IMG/VR virus record: IMGVR_UViG_3300006919_000333
Location: 1-27,633 of that record
Length of the DNA stretch: 27,633 bases
From: a virus
Taxonomy: Duplodnaviria > Caudoviricetes
Strand: one strand, 5' to 3'
Each line of letters starts with the position of its first letter. The stretch's first letter is position 1. Of the stretch, positions 1 through 6,433 are shown one piece after another. A program made the translations under genes and the position numbers. The notes beneath the pieces are model-generated. The model saw only the letters and a list, made by a program, of their open reading frames with translations. It made no database searches and had not been told where the DNA came from.

Positions 1-1
1 A

Positions 2-151
2 ACTCCAGACGGGTATGAGAAGATGGCTGAAAACTTTCAAGAAGTGCGCCGGTACGTGCGCCAACAGAAGGAATTAATCTTGTACTATCGCGAAGCTACT
101 ACAGAGAGTGAAGGTACTACAGCTGAAGACTGGCTTGAGAATAATGAGTAA
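2..151 (+). CDS. Partial CDS (3' end), possibly spanin-like lipoprotein
   Basis: Frame 2 is open from the window edge: TPDGYEKMAENFQEVRRYVRQQKELILYYREATTESEGTTAEDWLENNE*, TAA 149-151. The amphipathic helix resembles the C-termini of phage outer-membrane spanin-like proteins (recollection; function is tentative). Confidence 0.5.
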   Translation, partial: TPDGYEKMAENFQEVRRYVRQQKELILYYREATTESEGTTAEDWLENNE

Positions 152-362
152 TTGGAGTATACAGCCTGGAAAAAGACATAAAATTACATTTAAACATTGG
201 AAAACAGGAGAAGTTTTAACAGTAGAGGGAGAAGTTCCTACTACATTGAATAACTCCAAGTCTGACAGAATAGTAGTGCTGAAAAGTAAAGGGTGCTATG
301 AGGATATAATAAAAGAAACCATATTGAGTATAGACGGATGCCCACTAAAAAATACGCCATAG
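144..362 (+). CDS. Hypothetical protein (72 aa)
   Basis: ORF track gives 108..362. ATG 144 (MSNWSIQ...) overlaps the upstream stop and is the more likely start. Confidence 0.7.
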   Translation: MSNWSIQPGKRHKITFKHWKTGEVLTVEGEVPTTLNNSKSDRIVVLKSKGCYEDIIKETILSIDGCPLKNTP

Positions 363-517
363 TATATCACGAAATCTCTAATAATCCTATGAAATTTGAA
401 TATTTTATGGGGGATTTAGAACAAGCTAAGCGTTTTGCAGACAAAAAAGCCGATCAAGGCTATTTACCTGTATATATTATAGAGACAGAAACAGAAGAGG
501 TAGTTTACGACGTATGA
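338..517 (+). CDS. Hypothetical protein (59 aa), not in ORF track
   Basis: MPTKKYAIVYHEISNNPMKFEYFMGDLEQAKRFADKKADQGYLPVYIIETETEEVVYDV*. Fills the gap and its stop overlaps the next start (ATGA 514-517). Confidence 0.7.
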   Translation: MPTKKYAIVYHEISNNPMKFEYFMGDLEQAKRFADKKADQGYLPVYIIETETEEVVYDV

Positions 518-645
518 CACAAACAGAGTTAGATCTAAATGTAAAGCTAGAAAGCCCCTATGATGGGCAGTTCTGGTGTTGGTTTCGGCAAGATTTTTTT
601 GCTTGGCCGGATTATATTAATTGGTATAGGAATAAAAAGTTATGA
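514..645 (+). CDS. Small Trp/aromatic-rich hypothetical protein (43 aa), not in ORF track
   Basis: MTQTELDLNVKLESPYDGQFWCWFRQDFFAWPDYINWYRNKKL*. GAGG upstream and ATGA overlaps at both ends (514-517, 642-645). Confidence 0.7.
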   Translation: MTQTELDLNVKLESPYDGQFWCWFRQDFFAWPDYINWYRNKKL

Positions 646-1220
646 AAATTTATTGTCACCCAAGTGAGCATGAACAGTACGCAGAGAATAGCTATTGGAG
701 AGCTGTTCCTATTATAGTGCCCTCAGTAATATTTCATACGAGAGTACGAGATGAAACTATTGATGGTCCAAATCCCTATAGATGGGAGCAGAAAACTACT
801 TATGACTACTTTGCAGGTAAAAGAGTAGTTGTATTCTCCCTGCCAGGCGCTTTTACGCCAACCTGCTCAACCTATCAGCTTCCTGGGTTTGAAGAGCTAT
901 ATCCCACTTTCAAAAATCGAGGAATTGATGAAATCTATTGTATTTCTGTGAATGATGCTTTTGTCATGAACAAGTGGGCAATTGATCAGAATATTCAAGA
1001 TGTAAAAATGATCTGCGATGGGAATGCAGAGTTTACACAAGGTATGAATATGGATGTACAAAAAGAAAATCTGGGCTTCGGAATCCGTTCTTGGCGTTAT
1101 GCAATGGTTGTCAACAATGGTCTGATTGAATCTTTCTTTGTAGAAAAAGGTAAAGAAAGTAATTGTAAGGAAGATCCATATGAATACACAATTCCTGCTT
1201 TTATATTGGATACTCTCTAA
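642..1220 (+). CDS. Peroxiredoxin, Prx5/redoxin family
   Basis: Active-site motif FSLPGAFTPTCS (PxxxTxxC), plus SVNDAFVM, DGNAEFT and LGFGIRSWRYAM, all typical of bacterial Prx5. Confidence 0.93.
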   Translation: MKIYCHPSEHEQYAENSYWRAVPIIVPSVIFHTRVRDETIDGPNPYRWEQKTTYDYFAGKRVVVFSLPGAFTPTCSTYQLPGFEELYPTFKNRGIDEIYCISVNDAFVMNKWAIDQNIQDVKMICDGNAEFTQGMNMDVQKENLGFGIRSWRYAMVVNNGLIESFFVEKGKESNCKEDPYEYTIPAFILDTL

Positions 1221-1468
1221 TGGATCTAACTAAAATTAATAAGCTCGTAATCACAATGGAGGAGTGCGGAGAGCTTATTCGCGCTTGCTCCAAAGTCATG
1301 AGACATGGGGTTGAAGATCCCAAGTATCTGAATAATCTAATCGACGAAATGGGCGATGTCAAGGCGATGATTGCTGTGCTGGCAAAAGCATATAATATTG
1401 ACCAGGGCAAAATTGAAGATGCCGTGCAAAAACGTCTAGCAAAGATGGATCGCCCCGATTATTCATAA
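1220..1468 (+). CDS. MazG-like all-alpha NTP pyrophosphohydrolase
   Basis: EECGEL...DEMGDV acidic metal-binding pattern (EExxE ... ExxD) in 82 aa; TAATG coupling to the upstream gene. Confidence 0.75.
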   Translation: MDLTKINKLVITMEECGELIRACSKVMRHGVEDPKYLNNLIDEMGDVKAMIAVLAKAYNIDQGKIEDAVQKRLAKMDRPDYS

Positions 1469-1504
1469 ATATTTCTTGACAAATATTGCTAAATTTAGTA
1501 TAAT
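1466..1504 (+). promoter_or_regulatory. sigma70-type promoter P1
   Basis: TTGACA 1476-1481, 17 nt spacer, TATAAT 1499-1504; upstream TAAATATTTC. Confidence 0.9.
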
Positions 1505-1510
1505 AGCGTC

Positions 1511-2092
1511 ATGAATATATTTGTTCTCGACCATAATATTGACTTATGTGCACAGTACCACATAGACCCACACTCGGGTAAAATGCAGCTCGAAGCTGCG
1601 CAAATGCTTTGCACAAATCATTGGGTGGATAAATACTTAGGATATGTACCAAGAAAACTTACAAGTGAGGAATGGGCTGTACTTGCGGAAGCTAAGAAGA
1701 ATCCAGTTAGGGATTTTCCTTATCTTCCTACTATGTACAACCATCCTTGTACTATCTGGGCCAGAGAGTCTCTCGAAAACTACGAGTGGCTCTTCTGCTA
1801 TGCCCACGCTCTCAACCAAGAGCACATCTACAGAGGTGGTGCCAATCACAAATCCTTCGAAGAAGTTATCCGTTGCTTGCCAGACATGGTACATTTACCA
1901 GCAACGGGACTTACCCCATTTGCCCAAGCCATGCCAGAAGAACTCAAGAGCGACGACGCAGTAGAGTCTTATCGAATGTTTTACATGAAAGACAAAGCCG
2001 CTATTGGTAAGGGTGCCACATGGAAAGTCCGTGGCAAACCGTGGTGGTGGGACGATGAAATTGCAGATTACGAAAAAAGAATAAGTAGATGA
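1511..2092 (+). CDS. Pyrimidine-dimer DNA glycosylase / endonuclease V-like protein
   Basis: MNIFVLD...AQYH.D.H..KM.LEAAQML, NHPCTIWARES..NYEWL and LTPFAQAMP..AVESYR.FY match this widespread phage family. The activity is inferred. Confidence 0.7.
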   Translation: MNIFVLDHNIDLCAQYHIDPHSGKMQLEAAQMLCTNHWVDKYLGYVPRKLTSEEWAVLAEAKKNPVRDFPYLPTMYNHPCTIWARESLENYEWLFCYAHALNQEHIYRGGANHKSFEEVIRCLPDMVHLPATGLTPFAQAMPEELKSDDAVESYRMFYMKDKAAIGKGATWKVRGKPWWWDDEIADYEKRISR

Positions 2093-2190
2093 AAACTTTA
2101 TTCTGGTATTTTAAAGTAATCATAGTATGGTGGATAATTGTCTTTTTAGTAATAAAAGCACTAAAAGTAATTCTTGACGGAGTAATATGA
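2089..2190 (+). CDS. Small membrane protein (33 aa), not in ORF track
   Basis: MKTLFWYFKVIIVWWIIVFLVIKALKVILDGVI*: one hydrophobic span, ATGA overlaps at both ends. Confidence 0.6.
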   Translation: MKTLFWYFKVIIVWWIIVFLVIKALKVILDGVI

Positions 2191-2318
2191 TGAATGAAGA
2201 AGAAATGCTACTAAATCAAGTTATTCAAAGACAAGTAAGTGTATTCACACTTTCAGATGAAAGATTAAGAAAGCTGTTTATTTTATTAATTAGAAAAGTA
2301 AGAGAGAATAATAGATAA
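2187..2318 (+). CDS. Hypothetical protein (43 aa), not in ORF track
   Basis: MMNEEEMLLNQVIQRQVSVFTLSDERLRKLFILLIRKVRENNR*; GGAG upstream; ATGA overlap. Confidence 0.6.
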   Translation: MMNEEEMLLNQVIQRQVSVFTLSDERLRKLFILLIRKVRENNR

Positions 2319-2340
2319 TGGAATTTATTGTAGGAGGCAG

Positions 2341-3021
2341 ATGATGGCAGAAGTAAGCCTTGTGGGTATGACCATGCCCAGCGCAACAACAGGGTGTCAT
2401 ACAGCAAATGAATTAATTGCATATGCAGCAAGAGTTAGTAATCCAACAAATCAAAACAATACTAAAACAGCTTCTAAGTTGTTAAAATACCTCATTAAAG
2501 AAGGGCACTGGTCTCCTTTTGAAATGGTATCTGTAACGATGGAGATTAAAACAACTCGTGATATTTCACGACAGATTATTCGTCACCGATCTTTTTCGTT
2601 TCAAGAATTTTCTCAACGGTATGCTGAAGCTGAAAATTTTTCGGTTAAAAGACAAGCTAGAAAACAACATCCGACCAATAGGCAATTAAGCTCAGTAGAT
2701 GAAGATCCTATTAGGCAAGCCAAAGCTCAAGAAGTTTTTAACGAGTTGCAAGCAGAGGTTGCACGTGTCGCAAAGGATCATTATGAGATGGCATTGAATA
2801 CCGGTATCGCAAAAGAACAGGCAAGGGCACTATTGCCCGAAGGTCTGACAGAAACCACACTCTATATGAGTGGAACACTTAGATCGTGGATTCACTATTG
2901 TGAGTTACGACGAGGACATGGTACCCAAGCAGAACACATTGAAGTTGCAGACAAGTGTTGGGATATTCTTAGTGTTCATTTTCCTGATGTAGTAAATGCA
3001 GTGGAGTCTTTAAATGGATAA
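2341..3021 (+). CDS. thyX: Flavin-dependent thymidylate synthase
   Basis: RHRSFSFQEFSQRY (RHRx7S signature), GHWSPFE, KEQARALLP and GTQAEH; GGAGG ribosome-binding site. Confidence 0.96.
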   Translation: MMAEVSLVGMTMPSATTGCHTANELIAYAARVSNPTNQNNTKTASKLLKYLIKEGHWSPFEMVSVTMEIKTTRDISRQIIRHRSFSFQEFSQRYAEAENFSVKRQARKQHPTNRQLSSVDEDPIRQAKAQEVFNELQAEVARVAKDHYEMALNTGIAKEQARALLPEGLTETTLYMSGTLRSWIHYCELRRGHGTQAEHIEVADKCWDILSVHFPDVVNAVESLNG

Positions 3022-3211
3022 GACCCCTTTATCAGAGTATTTCCATTATGATCGTAAAGCAATAGTGTATTATAATGATGGAGACTTTTGGGTAGACATG
3101 TACCAAAACGGAGAATTAGCCGCAAGTGTACAGTGTCATGCTAAAAGTGAGCTATATGCAGAAAATGCAGCAGAAAATTGGGTACTTAGTATAGGAGGTT
3201 TTAGTGGTTAG
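3014..3211 (+). CDS. Hypothetical protein (65 aa)
   Basis: GGAG RBS; overlaps both neighbours. Confidence 0.75.
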   Translation: MDKTPLSEYFHYDRKAIVYYNDGDFWVDMYQNGELAASVQCHAKSELYAENAAENWVLSIGGFSG

Positions 3212-3902
3212 AAGAATTAAGAAAAAAGACCATGAAAAGCTTTCTTCAGCTAATATTAGTCATGTTATGTCTCTTCTTGAGCCAGAAAAAGGGCAGCCTA
3301 TTTCTAAAAAAGAAGCCTGTGATATTTTAAATATTGCTTATAATACTACAAGACTCAATAGAATTATTGAAGAATATAAAGACCAGCAAGCTTTTGTCGC
3401 TAAAAGAAAATCTCAGAATAGAGGCAAAGCAGCAACAAACGCAGAGATACAACAAGTAGTAACCGAATACTTGCAGGGAGACAACATATCTTCTATCGCT
3501 AAAGGCTTATTCAGATCCCCAGGATTTGTAAAAGCAATAATAGAAAGAGTAGGCGTTCCTCAAGTAGACAAGTCTTCATACTGTTACCTTCCGGATGAGT
3601 GTGTGTCTGATACTTTTTCGAGAGGACAGAGAGTTTGGTCTGCAAAGTATCAAGCGCCCGCTGTCGTTAAAGACGAGGTGAGCGTAGACTACCAAGCAGA
3701 ACTACTCGGGTTTGAAGATATAAATTATGAGAAGAAGTATTCTTCAAAGTGCTATTCAATCTATGTGTTTCAAGAAGTAAAACAAGAGCAAGAGTTCTTT
3801 TTAGGGACCTCTACAGGGGGCTTTAACGGGTACTCCTTGGCTTGTGAGCTAGGAAGTCTGGAACATTTGAAAGAGTATGGCGTGGACTTATCAAAGCTAT
3901 GA
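3204..3902 (+). CDS. D2: T5 D2-like DNA-binding protein
   Basis: GTG start after AGGAGG; ISKKEACDILNIAYNTTRL and ISSIAKGLFRS HTH-like segments; size and position upstream of D3 and the ligase as in T5. Confidence 0.65.
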   Translation: MVRRIKKKDHEKLSSANISHVMSLLEPEKGQPISKKEACDILNIAYNTTRLNRIIEEYKDQQAFVAKRKSQNRGKAATNAEIQQVVTEYLQGDNISSIAKGLFRSPGFVKAIIERVGVPQVDKSSYCYLPDECVSDTFSRGQRVWSAKYQAPAVVKDEVSVDYQAELLGFEDINYEKKYSSKCYSIYVFQEVKQEQEFFLGTSTGGFNGYSLACELGSLEHLKEYGVDLSKL

Positions 3903-4090
3903 GCAAAGATTATAGAGCATGGCAACGTGCACAGACAGAGTTAAATGCAGATGGAAATGAAGGCAGAGGTAGAGAGGGCGAAGACGAGACTGAAAGCATT
4001 GCGCCTCTACATTATAATGGTCGCAAGATCACAGATGAGCAGTGGATCGATATACTTAAGGCACTCAATGGAGACCCTGGGACGGGCTAG
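3899..4090 (+). CDS. Hypothetical protein (63 aa)
   Basis: ATGA overlap with D2; acidic and hydrophilic. Confidence 0.65.
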   Translation: MSKDYRAWQRAQTELNADGNEGRGREGEDETESIAPLHYNGRKITDEQWIDILKALNGDPGTG

Positions 4091-4181
4091 TACGGTTGCT
4101 TTGATTTTAATCCTATTCTTTCTGATCGAAAAGGCAGCAAATTTAAAAGAAAAATACCTCCTTTGGAAAAATAATTCTTGA
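4068..4181 (+). CDS. Putative small membrane protein (37 aa)
   Basis: 3' part of track ORF 3945..4181, from ATG 4068 (AAGG upstream): METLGRASTVALILILFFLIEKAANLKEKYLLWKNNS*. Confidence 0.45.
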   Translation: METLGRASTVALILILFFLIEKAANLKEKYLLWKNNS

Positions 4182-4206
4182 CAACTATTTATATTTTTCA
4201 TATAAT
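4167..4206 (+). promoter_or_regulatory. sigma70-type promoter P2
   Basis: AAAAATAATTC-TTGACA 4178-4183, 17 nt spacer, TATAAT 4201-4206. Confidence 0.92.
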
Positions 4207-4230
4207 AGTATTTCAAAATTAAGGAAGCAA

Positions 4231-4677
4231 ATGGGCGACCGATTTTACCAACAACAACTTGAACGCCTGGGTACTTGCCCAGGGTATTATGGCAAACCTA
4301 AAAGGAATAGACGCATGGCATGGGATGACGATAAGAAGGCACAAGCAGTGGAAATGTATACAGAGGCAGAGCCTACTCCCGAAAACTCAATGGAAATTGT
4401 AAAAGAAATTGCAGATGAATTAAACGAATCCCCAAACGGTGTTCGTATGATTCTGACGAAAGCAGGAGTATATGTAAAGAAGTCTCCTGCAACTGGCGCA
4501 GCCAAATCTTCTGGCAGCACCGGTGGTAGTCGTGTATCAAAAGCAGCGGCTATCGAAAGCCTTACGGCAGCTCTTAACGATGCAGGCCAAGAGGTGGACG
4601 AAGAGATTGTCAATAAACTTACCGGAAAAGCAGCAATGTATTTTGCGGGTGTATTGGCAGCTATTAACCAAAACTAA
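4231..4677 (+). CDS. D3: T5 D3-like HTH DNA-binding protein (second in-frame start at 4315)
   Basis: MAWDDDKK...EIVKEIADELNESPNGVRMILTKAGVYVKK HTH, a G/S linker and C-terminal RVSK...KLTGKAA; synteny with T5. Confidence 0.7.
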   Translation: MGDRFYQQQLERLGTCPGYYGKPKRNRRMAWDDDKKAQAVEMYTEAEPTPENSMEIVKEIADELNESPNGVRMILTKAGVYVKKSPATGAAKSSGSTGGSRVSKAAAIESLTAALNDAGQEVDEEIVNKLTGKAAMYFAGVLAAINQN

Positions 4678-4694
4678 CTTTACATTAAAAAAGT

Positions 4695-4730
4695 AACTGA
4701 CCACGGGAGGTTTCCTTCCGTGGTTTAGTT
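4695..4730 (+). terminator. Stem-loop after D3 (probable leaky terminator or processing hairpin)
   Basis: ACCACGGGAGG-TTT-CCTTCCGTGGT (11 bp, one G-U) at 4700-4724, extendable by AACT/AGTT. The U-tract is short and interrupted. Confidence 0.7.
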
Positions 4731-4801
4731 CGTCCTAAAGAAATAACCTTAGAGGTCAGAGTCGTAAAAAATTTTACTCACCTGCAGTACTAAGGAGAAC
4801 T

Positions 4802-5068
4802 ATGAGAAAGGAAGAACTAGCAGACTTAGTAAAAGAGTATGGCGATGCAGTAATTACTTATAGAAGTGAAAATTCTAATAAGTTAAAATATAATGTATGC
4901 ACGCTAGACTTTTCTACCCCTTACATTCAGGAAAAGAGAAACAGAGCAAAAGAGTCAGAAGATACACTTCTGTTATTTTGCTGGGACACTGACTCTTATA
5001 GACTCCTGAAGCCGAAAAACGTAACTACTATAGTGCCCTTATCTGCGGTACTAAAGAACGGGGACTAG
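4802..5068 (+). CDS. Conserved T5-like protein, WYL/SH3-like beta barrel
   Basis: AAGGAG RBS. AVITYRS...KYNVCTL...LLFCWDTDSYRLLKPKNVTTI resembles the WYL_2-type pattern. Fold is inferred. Confidence 0.6.
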   Translation: MRKEELADLVKEYGDAVITYRSENSNKLKYNVCTLDFSTPYIQEKRNRAKESEDTLLLFCWDTDSYRLLKPKNVTTIVPLSAVLKNGD

Positions 5069-5069
5069 T

Positions 5070-5372
5070 ATGGAGTTATATCAAGCTCCGGAAATGTATG
5101 AAAGAGTAGTACATTACGATACAGAAAAAGAAATACAAGTAAGACTCGTAGTAAGTGAGTTTAGAGGAACTGAATATCTTCACTTACGAAAATATTATTT
5201 GGATTTTACAGAAGAATGGAAACCTAGTAATGAAGGGGTTGCTATGCCGTTATCTTTTGAAAATTCAAAGGAGCTATTTGCAGGCTTGATAGAAATACTT
5301 TCTTTAGCAGAAAGTAAGGGCATACTTGAAGAGTACTTTTCAGATATATTAGACGACATGTATCAAAAATAG
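5070..5372 (+). CDS. PC4/p15-like ssDNA-binding protein
   Basis: VRLVVSEFRGTEYLHLRKYY...WKPSNEGVAM matches the PC4 pattern; same position before the ligase as in T5. Confidence 0.8.
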   Translation: MELYQAPEMYERVVHYDTEKEIQVRLVVSEFRGTEYLHLRKYYLDFTEEWKPSNEGVAMPLSFENSKELFAGLIEILSLAESKGILEEYFSDILDDMYQK

Positions 5373-5404
5373 TTCTTGACTTTTTCTCCTTATTATACTA
5401 TAAT
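5365..5404 (+). promoter_or_regulatory. sigma70-type promoter P3
   Basis: AAAAATAGTTC-TTGACT 5376-5381, 17 nt spacer, TATAAT 5399-5404. Confidence 0.9.
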
Positions 5405-5430
5405 AATGTTTCTGTAAGTGAGAGAACCAA

Positions 5431-6357
5431 GTGAAAGACTTTCTTAACTATTGTAGTGAATGTTATTACAACGGACATCCGATTATTTCAGATGTTGAGT
5501 TTGACATTCTTTGGGCAGAATACGGAAGCGACTCCGTAGGTCATACAATTACAGACGGTACTGCTCACTGGTTCCAAATGTACTCACTACAGAAGGTATT
5601 TACTTTAGATCATTATTCAGATCTTCATAAATACACCCGCACGCCTAAGCTAGACGGAGCTGCTATCTCTATACTATATGTATCGGGACAGTTAGTTCTC
5701 GGACTAACAAGAGGCGACGGAAAATTGGGAAGAGATATTACTGATAAGGTTAAGCACCTAGTACCCAATACCTTGGATAAAAAAGAAATTATTCAAGTAA
5801 CAGGAGAAGTAGTCTGTCCTTCTAATATCTCTAACTCAAGAAATCTTGCTTCCGGTTCCTTGAATCTCAAGGACGAAAGTGAGTTCCTCAGTAGGCCTCT
5901 GACGTTTGTTGCTTACGATATTCAAGCAGAGCATGACTTGTTTTCTTACTTCACTGAAGGGTTGACTTATCTTGAATCTCAAGGCTTTAATATAGTAACA
6001 ACTTTTAATGCGTCAGAGTACCCTACCGATGGCGAGGTCTTTAGGCTAGAGAACAATGCCCTATTTAAAAGTATGGGATACACTGCTCATCATCCTAGAG
6101 GTGCCTTTGCTCTCAAGCAGCAGCAAAAAGGTATAGTCACTACATTATTGGATGTGACTTGGCAGGTCGGCAAATCAGGGGTTGTTAGTCCTGTAGCAAT
6201 ACTAGATCCTATTAAAATTGGAGATGCTGCTGTTTCGAGAGCTACCTTGCATAACATGGAATATATAAACGCTTTAGATCTAGAAATAGGTTGCCAAGTA
6301 GAGGTAATTCGTAGTGGTGAAATTATACCTCGTATTTTAAAACGTGTATATTCTTAG
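5431..6357 (+). CDS. ligA: NAD+-dependent DNA ligase, subunit A (adenylation + OB domains)
   Basis: YYNGHPIISDVEFD (domain Ia), KLDG motif I, TRGDG, TDGEV, WQVGKSG, RATLHN and RSGEIIP. Confidence 0.95.
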   Translation: MKDFLNYCSECYYNGHPIISDVEFDILWAEYGSDSVGHTITDGTAHWFQMYSLQKVFTLDHYSDLHKYTRTPKLDGAAISILYVSGQLVLGLTRGDGKLGRDITDKVKHLVPNTLDKKEIIQVTGEVVCPSNISNSRNLASGSLNLKDESEFLSRPLTFVAYDIQAEHDLFSYFTEGLTYLESQGFNIVTTFNASEYPTDGEVFRLENNALFKSMGYTAHHPRGAFALKQQQKGIVTTLLDVTWQVGKSGVVSPVAILDPIKIGDAAVSRATLHNMEYINALDLEIGCQVEVIRSGEIIPRILKRVYS

Positions 6358-6366
6358 CACCTTGCT

Positions 6367-6406
6367 AAAAATAATTCTTGACAAAAACCTAAATTTTTCG
6401 TATAAT
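6367..6406 (+). promoter_or_regulatory. sigma70-type promoter P4
   Basis: AAAAATAATTC-TTGACA 6378-6383, 17 nt spacer, TATAAT 6401-6406, located between the two ligase halves. Confidence 0.92.
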
Positions 6407-6433
6407 ATATTTTCATTTTCTGAGAGAACTAAA

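Noticed and set aside
4287-4613. 108-aa antisense ORF opposite D3
   Set aside because: Shadow of a strongly codon-biased sense gene; no SD or promoter seen.
6344-6433. N-terminal extension of ligB suggesting a frameshift fusion with ligA
   Set aside because: The extension translates the P4 promoter, no clear slippery site is present, and split ligases are normal in T5-like phages.
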